Shown piece by piece: positions 26,705 through 35,923 of a stretch of DNA of 64,000 nucleotides (position 1 is the first letter of the stretch; each line of letters begins with the position of its first letter). The position numbers and the translations under genes were made by a program. This stretch comes from Gammaproteobacteria bacterium (GTDB taxonomy: Bacteria > Pseudomonadota > Gammaproteobacteria > Arenicellales > JAJDZL01), in the NCBI GenBank assembly GCA_022823625.1, contig JAJEHQ010000004.1, positions 8,851-72,850 of the forward strand, given 5' to 3'. Under the pieces are notes generated by a model. The model saw only the letters and a list, made by a program, of their open reading frames with translations. It was not told the DNA's origin and ran no database searches.

Positions 26705-27787
26705 TCAGCAGTTCCCATACAGAATTCCAGGGTTCAAAATTCCTTTCGGATCAAATGCTGATTTCAATCTTGTGTGAATGCCCATTGCGGGTTCTGCAAT
26801 CGGGGCGAAACGACCGGTTGGCCAATCTGAATCCGGTTTGAACATTGTGGCGTGACCCCCAACTCTTCGCGCCGCATCAAACATCGATTCTGGGCTGCTG
26901 TCGTTATAAATCCAGCGCAGTGCACCACCCCAGTCCAACAAACATTCGCCACCCAATTCCAAAGAAGGGGCGGTCGCACTAACCGACACTCTCCAGAGAG
27001 ATTGATTGCGGTTAAAGAAATTGAGCTGATGCTCCTTCAGCTGTTGCCAATATTCTGCACCATCCCGGTCCGTTTCACCACCCAATTCAGAGGTGGCTGC
27101 GCGAACTCCGTTTTCCGTCCCTGAAAATCGAATCCTAAGTAAGCCTGCGCAGTGACTTAGACCCGAAATTGGCATCGGCAGTCCCATCAGGCGCACCATT
27201 TCGACATGAGCCGCACGTTTATCGAGTTCAAGCACCCGTGTCGTCTCTACCTCCGGCTGGGGCAAGACTTTCAGTGAGGCTTCACAAATGACACCTAGAG
27301 CGCCAAGCGCACCGACCATCAGGCGAGATACATCGTAGCCGGCAACGTTCTTGATCACCTGTCCGCCAAAAGACAAGTATTCTCCCTTGCCGTTAATGCA
27401 GTTGATGCCCAAAACAAAGTCTCGGGCAGAACCCGCAAATGGTCTCCTAGGACCGGAAAATCCACAAGCGATTGTTCCGCCCAGTGTTGCATCTTCTCCA
27501 AACCATGGTGGCTCAAACGCAAGAATTTGCCGCTCCTCAGCCACAACTTTTTCGATCTCGGATAACCGTGTCCCCGCTCTTGCTGTGATGACCAACTCTG
27601 ACGGTTCATATGAGGTAATCCCGGTGTGTTCACTGACATCAAGCGTTGTTCCAATGACGGGGTTGCCATAGAAAGACTTCGTTCCACCACCTCGAATCCG
27701 CAGTTTCTCTGAGTTTTGGTAAGCTGCTTTAACCGCTTTTACCAGCTCGCCAGAAACATCGGTTCCTACCACGTCAAAATCTCTCAA
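26705..27787 (-). CDS. glcE: Glycolate oxidase FAD-binding subunit
   Basis: Collinear with remembered E. coli GlcE (GGGTKSFYG, ITSYEPSELVITARAGT, NVAGYDVSRLMVG). The TTG at 27787 is chosen as the start. The track ORF extends to 27841 and would overlap glcD by 68 nt. Confidence 0.8.
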   Translation of the reverse strand: MRDFDVVGTDVSGELVKAVKAAYQNSEKLRIRGGGTKSFYGNPVIGTTLDVSEHTGITSYEPSELVITARAGTRLSEIEKVVAEERQILAFEPPWFGEDATLGGTIACGFSGPRRPFAGSARDFVLGINCINGKGEYLSFGGQVIKNVAGYDVSRLMVGALGALGVICEASLKVLPQPEVETTRVLELDKRAAHVEMVRLMGLPMPISGLSHCAGLLRIRFSGTENGVRAATSELGGETDRDGAEYWQQLKEHQLNFFNRNQSLWRVSVSATAPSLELGGECLLDWGGALRWIYNDSSPESMFDAARRVGGHATMFKPDSDWPTGRFAPIAEPAMGIHTRLKSAFDPKGILNPGILYGNC

Positions 27788-29252
27788 GATTACTATGCGG
27801 TAGATTGCCCTTGTGAACATGCATAGCGCCAAATTCCGCACAACGTGCCAATGTGGGTACTGCTTTACCAGGATTCAGAAGCGTATCGGGGTCTAACGCC
27901 GCCTTGACCTGATGAAATTGCTCAAGCACCGCATCTTCAAACTGCAGACACATCGGTCGCAGCTTCTCAACGCCAACGCCGTGTTCACCCGTAACAGTGC
28001 CACCGACTTCAACGCAAAGTTCGAGAATTTGATTGCCTAGCTCTTCAGTTTTTTCAAGTTCACCCTCGTTGTTTGCATCATACAGAATTAACGGGTGAAG
28101 ATTTCCGTCCCCTGCGTGAAATACATTTGCCACGCGCAGTCCAAATTCCTTTGAAAGTTCAGCTGTTCTAACCAGCACCCGACCGAGTTCGCGCCGCGGT
28201 ATGGTTCCGTCTATGCAGTAATAGTCAGGAGAAATTCGACCAACAGCCGGAAATGCGGCCTTGCGACCGGACCAGAATCGATCGCGAGTCTCTGCATCCT
28301 CGGCTACCCAAGTACCCATCGCACCTTGTGTACGAAAAATTTCTTCGACTTCACCAATTTGATCTGCCACTTCTTCTGCCGTCCCGTCCAACTCACAAAG
28401 CAGAATAGCTGCAGCATCAACCGGATAGCCTGCATGTACAAAGTCTTCGACTGCGGAGATCGCATAGTTGTCCATCATTTCAAGTCCAGCCGGCAAAATT
28501 CCAGCACCAATGACGGCCGCAACCGCATCTCCTGCATTCTCCACCCTGTCAAACGCAGCCATTACAACCTGGGCTACCGGAGGGATGGGTAACAGTTTGA
28601 CCAGAACTTCAACGACTACACCGAGCATGCCTTCGGACCCTGTCATCAGTGCGAGCAAGTCAAAACCGGGTGAATCCAAGCCTTCGCTGCCGACAGTCAT
28701 CAATTGCCCATCGACAGTCACCACTTTCAACTGCAAAATGTTGTGGACAGTCAAGCCGTATTTCAGGCAGTGAACACCACCGGAATTTTCAGCAACATTA
28801 CCACCAATTGAACAGGCGATCTGAGATGAGGGATCGGGCGCATAATAAAATCCCAAGTGGCGTACCGCATCGGAAATCGAGAGGTTCGTAACGCCGGGCT
28901 GAACCCTTGCAGTTCTAGCAGCGACGTCAACTTCGAGGATGTCGTTCATTCGCGTCAGGCTGAGCAGAACTCCATTTGGTAAAGGTAGTGCGCCGCCCGA
29001 TAACCCAGTGCCAGCACCACGGGTTACGACCGGCACCTTTCGATTCGAGCAGGCTTTCATCACATCCTGAACCTGCGATATGCTGGATGGCAGCACAACC
29101 ATAAGCGGAAGTTCACGGTAGGCTGTCAAACCATCACACTCGAATGGCCTGAGCGTTTCGGTTTCAGTCAGAACTGCATCTGCACCAACAATAGAGACCA
29201 GTTCGGTAGCGAGTTGCTCTGAAGAGTCGATTATTTCTGTTGCAGCAACCAT
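27774..29252 (-). CDS. glcD: Glycolate oxidase subunit GlcD (FAD-linked oxidase)
   Basis: 492 aa of the FAD_binding_4 type (VVTRGAGTGLSGGALP), first gene of glcDEF. Confidence 0.85.
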   Translation of the reverse strand: MVAATEIIDSSEQLATELVSIVGADAVLTETETLRPFECDGLTAYRELPLMVVLPSSISQVQDVMKACSNRKVPVVTRGAGTGLSGGALPLPNGVLLSLTRMNDILEVDVAARTARVQPGVTNLSISDAVRHLGFYYAPDPSSQIACSIGGNVAENSGGVHCLKYGLTVHNILQLKVVTVDGQLMTVGSEGLDSPGFDLLALMTGSEGMLGVVVEVLVKLLPIPPVAQVVMAAFDRVENAGDAVAAVIGAGILPAGLEMMDNYAISAVEDFVHAGYPVDAAAILLCELDGTAEEVADQIGEVEEIFRTQGAMGTWVAEDAETRDRFWSGRKAAFPAVGRISPDYYCIDGTIPRRELGRVLVRTAELSKEFGLRVANVFHAGDGNLHPLILYDANNEGELEKTEELGNQILELCVEVGGTVTGEHGVGVEKLRPMCLQFEDAVLEQFHQVKAALDPDTLLNPGKAVPTLARCAEFGAMHVHKGNLPHSNLERF

Positions 29253-29343
29253 TTTTTATCCAAATGCATGGGTGGCAGGGGCAAAATTATTATATCCTTG
29301 AGGTATCATTCCGGTCTGCGCCACCAACGGATGAATTGGAGAC

Positions 29344-29982
29344 ATGCAGCGAAGATATACACTGACCGATCGGTTAATCGGACATGCTGACGGCATGCTG
29401 CAAACGCTTGGCACAAAACCACAGGCGTCTCGACCGTCTCCCGCGGCCGATATGAGAACAGAATATTTGAATCCCACCGAACAAAAGGAGTCGGTTCGGC
29501 TGATGCGGGTCAATCACACTGGCGAAGTCTGTGCTCAGGCACTGTATCAGGGGCAGTCATTAACTGCACGATCCGCTGAATTGCGCATCACGTTTCAACA
29601 GGCTGCCAAAGAGGAAAATGATCACCTTTCCTGGTGTGCGGATCGAATCGAGCAAATGAATGGTAAAACCAGCCGACTGAATCCTTTGTTTTACACGGGT
29701 TCTTATGCGATCGGTGCATTTGCAGGCCTTTTGGGTGATAGGGTCAGTGCGGCTTTTCTGGCAGAAACCGAATATCAGGTCGTCGAACATCTGGATCGAC
29801 ATTTGGATCGACTGCCCATTCCAGACAGCAACAGCCGAAGCATCCTCTCTCAAATGCGAGAAGATGAACTAGCGCATGCAAAGACCGCAGAGCAGGCAGG
29901 CGCTATTCCACTGCCAAAGCCAGTCAAGGGTGCTATGCGCGTCATGTCGAAAGTAATGACTGGATTGAGCTACTGGGTATAA
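29344..29982 (+). CDS. coq7: Demethoxyubiquinone hydroxylase (di-iron Coq7 family)
   Basis: RVNHTGEVCAQALYQGQ, EENDHLSWC, AETEYQVVEHL and REDELAHA are the di-iron carboxylate repeats of Coq7. Confidence 0.85.
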   Translation: MQRRYTLTDRLIGHADGMLQTLGTKPQASRPSPAADMRTEYLNPTEQKESVRLMRVNHTGEVCAQALYQGQSLTARSAELRITFQQAAKEENDHLSWCADRIEQMNGKTSRLNPLFYTGSYAIGAFAGLLGDRVSAAFLAETEYQVVEHLDRHLDRLPIPDSNSRSILSQMREDELAHAKTAEQAGAIPLPKPVKGAMRVMSKVMTGLSYWV

Positions 29983-29991
29983 TAGCTTTCT

Positions 29992-30443
29992 TCAGCCTTG
30001 CTCCAAATCAATCGCTGATCGCATCCACATCCTACTGATGCTATGGCACAAAAAGGTATCACGAATTAGCCTGCTTTCATCTGTTCCGATGAATCGAAGT
30101 CGCTTTGCTCGCCCTATTGTAAGGATGAATAACACTTCATCGGAATGATGCCACGTTTGACCGGATGTATCATGCAAAGGAGCAGGTAGTTTGCCGTCGG
30201 GTTTCATGACTCTCCAGTTCGGTTGACCTTCTGAATTCACACCATGACAAACCGCACAGTGCTGCATACACACTATGTGTCCGAGTTGGATTAACTGTGA
30301 ATCGGTTGGGTCTGCAAAACATTTTCACCGAAGTCAGGGAAAGCAATTGTAAGAAAAGTGGTTATCGTTGCTGCTGACAGAATGCGGATACACCCATGCA
30401 CCAAAAATGCTGAAATATTTGGATAAGGTTCTCGGATATTCAT
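29992..30443 (-). pseudogene. Small membrane-anchored c-type cytochrome, apparently frameshifted
   Basis: A 50-codon ORF (30294-30443, hydrophobic N-terminus) ends at a TAA at 30291-30293. The haem domain (CAVCHG...LPAPLHDTSGQTWHHSDEVLF) continues in a different frame at 29992-30273. Confidence 0.45.
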
Positions 30444-30492
30444 GGGTTGTTTAAGTTCGTCGTGCCAAAATTTCCTGGACTAGCTCATCAAT

Positions 30493-31353
30493 TCATTCTG
30501 ACAATCGCTCATTTTTCTGATTCGTCAGAGAAGTTTCTTTGTATGTATTCACTAGAAACTTGAAATTGTTAGGTAAACTCAGTAAAAATAGATAGTTATC
30601 CATGGCTCTGTTTTGAATGTGACTTCCCTGCTCCCATCTGCATAGCGAAGCTGCCCCAATACCTGTAATTTTGGAAAATTCACGGATCGTTTGATTCAGA
30701 TTCAGTCGAATTTGACGAACTTCTTTGGGTGTCATGATTTTATGACCTCCAACAGTCTTTATTTTTTGGGGCGCAAATGTCTTTTGTTCAGATTGCAACC
30801 AATCAATTGATTGGTAGTGTAATCGTGCAATGGGGACCGGTTCGAAATTCGGAATTTTGTCTGTGATATTGACTACAGGTTTGTTCGTGTTGTCAATTCG
30901 ATTACGAATAGCTTGTAAATTATTTAATACTCTGAGCAAGCGAAGATAAAAGTCCATCGCTTTGTTTTGTATCAATGTACCGTTTTCCCATCTGCTGATT
31001 GAAGCCTGACCAATTCCAGTGGTTTTTGAGAATTCTTTTATAGTCAAGCCTGCACTTTTTCTCAATGTGCGTACTTCGTTTGGTGTGAACACCTGTAAAA
31101 ATTTGCAAATAGCATCGTGACACAACCGGTCACCTTCATGGTCCGTATACATGAAGTTACACTCTGTGCATTTATATACAGGTACCTCGGCGTGCAATTC
31201 TGTTTGCTTTTCCAAAGTTCCATAGTTGAAAAACTTAGTTTCATGTCTGGTTTGAACTTTGTCAGAACCGCACAATGCACATTGTTTATTTCGGGCAATA
31301 GTCCAATTTTTTGGTTTCTTGTCGGTATTCTTCATAAGTAAGATTCCAATCAA
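30493..31353 (-). CDS. MqsA-like antitoxin: zinc ribbon plus two tandem XRE-type HTH modules
   Basis: CALCGS...x37...CTECNF zinc ribbon, then two homologous HTH units (TPNEVRTLRKSAGLTIKEFSKTTGIGQASISRWENG and TPKEVRQIRLNLNQTIREFSKITGIGAASLCRWEQG). Confidence 0.6.
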   Translation of the reverse strand: MIGILLMKNTDKKPKNWTIARNKQCALCGSDKVQTRHETKFFNYGTLEKQTELHAEVPVYKCTECNFMYTDHEGDRLCHDAICKFLQVFTPNEVRTLRKSAGLTIKEFSKTTGIGQASISRWENGTLIQNKAMDFYLRLLRVLNNLQAIRNRIDNTNKPVVNITDKIPNFEPVPIARLHYQSIDWLQSEQKTFAPQKIKTVGGHKIMTPKEVRQIRLNLNQTIREFSKITGIGAASLCRWEQGSHIQNRAMDNYLFLLSLPNNFKFLVNTYKETSLTNQKNERLSE

Positions 31354-31715
31354 TTCGTTGAATAGTGAAAACTGCGACCAATCAAACCCATCCTTCCATT
31401 GGCAATTTCAAGTTTGATGTAAATATCGCGATTGACCGAATCCCCTGGCACGATCATCACGTAGCCAGTTGCACCTTCTGGATGGTCCAGAACAATCTCT
31501 TCAATCGGATGTCCCCTTCTAACAAGCTCTTTGATAAATTCCCAGCATTCTGTAGGCGAAAACACCGCTCCGGTTTCAGGATTCTCAACATTGTCAGGAT
31601 GCCATTTTGTAGGACGTTCTGATGTAAACTCCGTGAAAACCTGACCTTGTTTCAACAAATCCAAAATAATGAATCGCACGAAAGGATTAGCATACCTGCG
31701 CTCCCTCATTTGCAA
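31350..31715 (-). CDS. Putative toxin partner (MqsR-like position and C-terminus)
   Basis: 121 aa with a 4-nt overlap onto the antitoxin start. Toxin-first order as in mqsRA. The C-terminus IYIKLEIANGRMGLIGRSFH resembles the MqsR end VYLKITVIHDVLIVSFKEK. The family assignment is weak. Confidence 0.4.
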   Translation of the reverse strand: MQMRERRYANPFVRFIILDLLKQGQVFTEFTSERPTKWHPDNVENPETGAVFSPTECWEFIKELVRRGHPIEEIVLDHPEGATGYVMIVPGDSVNRDIYIKLEIANGRMGLIGRSFHYSTN

Positions 31716-31777
31716 TCCTTTTTCATATCATATGATAACATAAATCAAAATTCAATCTAATATGTGGTGATTATGAA

Positions 31778-32800
31778 TTGTGTGGCGTTTTAGCCAATGT
31801 GTTGCTACAATCTGATTCTTACTTTGACTACATTCACAATCTTTATTCAAGCATGATTCAACGAGAAATTGCCTTCAACAACGATTCTAGCGTCGAAGAT
31901 GAACTCATGCGTAGAGAAGCCTTCAATCATGTGCAGACTTTGTTTGAGACTCATGGATGCCTGACATCTCAGTTGATTCTGGCAGGTTTCTCATACAAAG
32001 GAGAGCGGATAGCCCTTGTCAACCCTGGTCAAGGAATTCATAAACCAAAGCAGATGCGTCATCTGCTTTCAATTAGAACCGTTTACCCTCGGAGGCGCGC
32101 TTATTATGATGATCAAACGCAAGCGTGTGCACAGTTTTACGCAGGGAGTAACTCTGTTGACTATTCTTTCATGGGTACCGACCCAAACGCACGACAGAAT
32201 CTTCATCTTCGAGAGGTATATAGAAACAAGATTCCAATCATCTATTTTCTAGGATTTAATCGGAGTCACTACATTCCAATTTTTCCAACCTTTATTACTG
32301 ACTGGGACCCACGAACACTTAAGGTCAGACTGGAATTCGCTGTTCCCAACCAGCACTCTGTTATTGTATTTCCTGAAGCGGGCGAACGTCGCTATGCGAT
32401 GCGCATACATAAACAAAGACTTCACCAAGCTTCTTTTCGAGACGTTCTAATCAAAGCCTACAGCAGTCAATGTGCCATTACAAGATTGGCTGTTCCACAA
32501 CTTCTGGATGCTGCGCACATTGTTCCTGACACAGACGAAATGTTAGGTCAGCCCATTGTTTCGAACGGTCTGCTCCTCTCGAAAACCCACCACGCCGCCT
32601 TCGATCAAAACCTGATTGGAATTGATGCAGATTACTGCATGCATGTGTCGGAACAATTTCTCCAACAAAACGATGGCCCTATGCTTGAATCTCTGAAGCA
32701 ACTCAACGGTAACAAAATTATCCTTCCCAGACGCAGAGAAAATTATCCTTCCCGAGATCGACTAGCACAACGTTTTGATAAGTTTAAATCCGCAGCATAA
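31778..32800 (+). CDS. HNH endonuclease with an N-terminal non-catalytic (possibly modified-DNA reader) domain
   Basis: C-terminal HNH_2-like core CAITRLAVPQLLDAAHIVP...NGLLLSKTHHAAFDQNLIGID. The N-terminal ~200 aa show a pattern (GIHKPK..LSIRT...YDD...Y.F.GTDPN...N..LR....IPIIYF.G) seen in Type IV-like HNH nucleases. The start is uncertain, with an alternative ATG at 31853. Confidence 0.6.
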   Translation: MCGVLANVLLQSDSYFDYIHNLYSSMIQREIAFNNDSSVEDELMRREAFNHVQTLFETHGCLTSQLILAGFSYKGERIALVNPGQGIHKPKQMRHLLSIRTVYPRRRAYYDDQTQACAQFYAGSNSVDYSFMGTDPNARQNLHLREVYRNKIPIIYFLGFNRSHYIPIFPTFITDWDPRTLKVRLEFAVPNQHSVIVFPEAGERRYAMRIHKQRLHQASFRDVLIKAYSSQCAITRLAVPQLLDAAHIVPDTDEMLGQPIVSNGLLLSKTHHAAFDQNLIGIDADYCMHVSEQFLQQNDGPMLESLKQLNGNKIILPRRRENYPSRDRLAQRFDKFKSAA

Positions 32801-33032
32801 GGAATGTTTCAATAGCGCACTGTTCGGTCAATCGTTGCGCCACAGAACAGACCAAATACGAGGATAAATCTGCAACAGCTGCAATACAGGAATAGGAACT
32901 CTAAGAGACGACCTAAATATGTTGATGCGAGCGATTAAGTGGTTGAAACAATTTAATCTATACGAAGTTTCGCCACTCTGCTATATAATTCCCCTTTAAA
33001 AACCGCAAAAATTTCTGAATAACTCGGGTTTT

Positions 33033-34355
33033 TCACTCTTCGGGGACATCCTGCAGTGTGCCATCCACTGTCAGAAATTGGCTACCTGACCCAGAATAAA
33101 ATGTAGAGTGACCACTTGAGTGCAAAATATTAAGCATATTGGGTACTCTACGACCCTCACTCTGCAGTCGTTCAACCACATTGTCCGGACCAAAGTAATC
33201 AAGCAATTCAAATGGACCCATTTTCCAGTTGAACCCCCAGCGCATTGCTCGGTCAACATTAACAATATCGTTTGAAATTTCCGGCACTAGGTCAGCAGCA
33301 TAGCAAAGCGTCTCAGATACCAGGTGCCACACAAAATTGCCTTCAGCATCAGAGTTGAACATCAGTACCGCAGCGTCCTGATCAACCGATGTTCCGGCAG
33401 CATCATTCCAGCCCCCGCTTGCTGGATCATACATCTGTTTCAATCGACTGCCATCTTCGTTTTTCAGCATTCGATAGAACCCACCGCCAGTTTTTCGGCC
33501 CAACTGCCCTGAGTCGAACATCGCTCGCTCTTCTGGCGGGAAAGCGAGGTATTTCCGCCCAGTATCATCCGCAGGAAGATTGTTGTCAAGGTTGGCGGCA
33601 ACTAGGTGCATGACATCCAAACCAACCAGATCGATCAGTCCATACAGGCCGGTTGATGGAATACCGAGTGCGGTTGACATAAGTGCATCAATCCGCTCAA
33701 CTGAAACTCCATTCTGACGGGCTTCGCGACCTTTATGAAAACCAGCCAGCATCCAAAAACATCCGATCCGATTGCCAATGAAATTGACGGTGTCCTTGGC
33801 ATACACCACTCCTTTGCCCAACTGATTTCTAGCGAATACCGCCAATGAATCAATCACATCGGACTCCGTATCCTCACTCGGTACAACTTCAAGCAGCCGC
33901 ATGACTTTAACTGGATTAAAGAAATGCGTTACCGCGACATCTTTTCGGAACCGCTCCGACATGCCTTCACAGATTGAATGAAGTGGAATGCCTGAAGTAT
34001 TCGTTGTGACGATTGAGTTGTCTTTTCTGATCGACTCAATACGGGTAAACATGTTGCGCTTCGCTTCAAGGTCTTCAACAATTGCTTCGCAGATCCAGTC
34101 AGACTCGGCAGCGAGTTTAAGGGATTCATCAAAGTTACCAGTTGTGATGAGATCCGCTGCACCGGGATCATCTAGCATGGGTGCACGGCCCACCAGCATA
34201 TTCCCCTTGCCTCGATCGGCCAATTCCTGAGAGATGTCCAGAAGGTTGGTCTTACAACCGGCAGATGCACAAGCCGCCGCAATGCCGCTTCCCATCGTAC
34301 CAGCACCTAAAACAGTAACTGAGTTAATTTCTCGAATGCTCACGCTTTTCCTCAA
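33033..34355 (-). CDS. 3-hydroxyacyl-CoA dehydrogenase family protein
   Basis: NAD motif VTVLGAGTMGSGIAAACASAG and collinear 3HCDH N- and C-terminal domains. Confidence 0.8.
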   Translation of the reverse strand: MRKSVSIREINSVTVLGAGTMGSGIAAACASAGCKTNLLDISQELADRGKGNMLVGRAPMLDDPGAADLITTGNFDESLKLAAESDWICEAIVEDLEAKRNMFTRIESIRKDNSIVTTNTSGIPLHSICEGMSERFRKDVAVTHFFNPVKVMRLLEVVPSEDTESDVIDSLAVFARNQLGKGVVYAKDTVNFIGNRIGCFWMLAGFHKGREARQNGVSVERIDALMSTALGIPSTGLYGLIDLVGLDVMHLVAANLDNNLPADDTGRKYLAFPPEERAMFDSGQLGRKTGGGFYRMLKNEDGSRLKQMYDPASGGWNDAAGTSVDQDAAVLMFNSDAEGNFVWHLVSETLCYAADLVPEISNDIVNVDRAMRWGFNWKMGPFELLDYFGPDNVVERLQSEGRRVPNMLNILHSSGHSTFYSGSGSQFLTVDGTLQDVPEE

Positions 34356-34377
34356 TTGAATGAATGTTGATTAATTG

Positions 34378-35601
34378 TCAAACCGACTGCGAAATTGGCT
34401 TTTGTACTTTCCATATGGGTCGTTCGTCAATTGGCCAGTGAAGAATTGCTGCGATGACACCCAGTGCAACACAAATCCACCAGACCAAATCATAGGATTG
34501 AGTGGCATCAAACAGCGCGCCACCAAGCCAAACACCAAGGAAACTTCCCACTTGGTGACTAAGAAAAACAAAACCGAATAAGGTTCCCATGTAGCGTGGC
34601 CCAAAAACCTGACCAACGATACCCGATGTCAGTGGAACAGTTGCGAGCCAAAGTATACCCATCGCTGAAGCAAATATTAACGCGCCAGCCGGTGATGGCG
34701 GCAGCAACACGAAAATGGAGATGACTACGGCACGTCCAAAATATATGAAACTCAAAATGTTTTTCTTGGTTGTCTTTCCTCCCAGGTAGCCCGCAATCAG
34801 TGTGCCAAACAGATTGAAAAGACCGACAAGCGATAACGCCCACGCTCCGATATTGGCAGATAGACCAACATCTGTCAGGTAAGCCGGAAGGTGAATACCA
34901 ATGAATGTGACCTGAAATCCGCAGACAAAAAATCCCGCTGTCAGATAGACATATCCAGAATGTCTGGATGCCTGAGTTATAGCTTCTCGCAGTGTTTGAT
35001 CCGGCCCCGAAACTTCTGGTTTTCCTGAAAGAAAAAAAGACAGGGAAAGCACTGCCAGGACAAGACAGGCCAATAGAAACAGTGTATGCTGCCAGCCATA
35101 GTTCAAAATCAGCATGTTGCTAATGGGTACCAGCAGAAACTGACCGATTGAACCGGCCGCGGAGACGATTCCCAATGCCAATGATCGATGTCGTTCTTGA
35201 ACGGAACGGGAAACCACTGCAAGAACTATGGCAAAGGTAGTGCCTGAAAGGCCGAAACCGATCAATGCGCCATTCGAGAAATAGAATCCGAGTGGAGTCG
35301 AAGCGAAAATCATCAGCCCCAAGCCGGCCACATAACATAGACCGCCAACCACTATCACCCGACCTGAACCGTACCGGTCTGCAATTGCTCCAAATAAAGG
35401 TTGGGAAAAACCCCAAACAATGTTCTGAACCGCAGCTGCGAACGCAAAGATACTTCGTCCCCAGTCATACTGCTCGGTAATTGGGACAAGAAACACACCC
35501 ATTGTGGAACGAATGCCGAACCCGACAAGAATGATCAGACAGGCGCAAGTCACAATAACAAGTGGATGAACCCAGTTGAATTGGGGTTTATTGGTATCCA
35601 T
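34378..35601 (-). CDS. MFS transporter
   Basis: 12-TM pattern. The ATG at 35601 (MDTNKPQFNW...) is preferred over the longer track ORF. Confidence 0.75.
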   Translation of the reverse strand: MDTNKPQFNWVHPLVIVTCACLIILVGFGIRSTMGVFLVPITEQYDWGRSIFAFAAAVQNIVWGFSQPLFGAIADRYGSGRVIVVGGLCYVAGLGLMIFASTPLGFYFSNGALIGFGLSGTTFAIVLAVVSRSVQERHRSLALGIVSAAGSIGQFLLVPISNMLILNYGWQHTLFLLACLVLAVLSLSFFLSGKPEVSGPDQTLREAITQASRHSGYVYLTAGFFVCGFQVTFIGIHLPAYLTDVGLSANIGAWALSLVGLFNLFGTLIAGYLGGKTTKKNILSFIYFGRAVVISIFVLLPPSPAGALIFASAMGILWLATVPLTSGIVGQVFGPRYMGTLFGFVFLSHQVGSFLGVWLGGALFDATQSYDLVWWICVALGVIAAILHWPIDERPIWKVQKPISQSV

Positions 35602-35923
35602 AAACTCGTGTCTGGTTGAAAAGAGGCAACTTTTTCGCTGACATGTAAGCCGGGAATAATACCAACCCGTCATCAACGAACAATTACGAAGCCTGACGGC
35701 GAGAGACAAAAGGTGCGGTCAATTGCGCTACGATGAGACAAATTATAGTAAGTCGGACTAAGAAATTAGTAACGCTAGACGAGTCAGTGATGAGTCATGG
35801 CGACAAACTACTCCCCGACACGCACCATACGCTAAAATTCACAATTCGAATCAATACCCCCTATGGAGTGGCGATTCTGCCACATTTGAATGTAATCTCA
35901 TATTGACTGAATTCCGGTAGACC

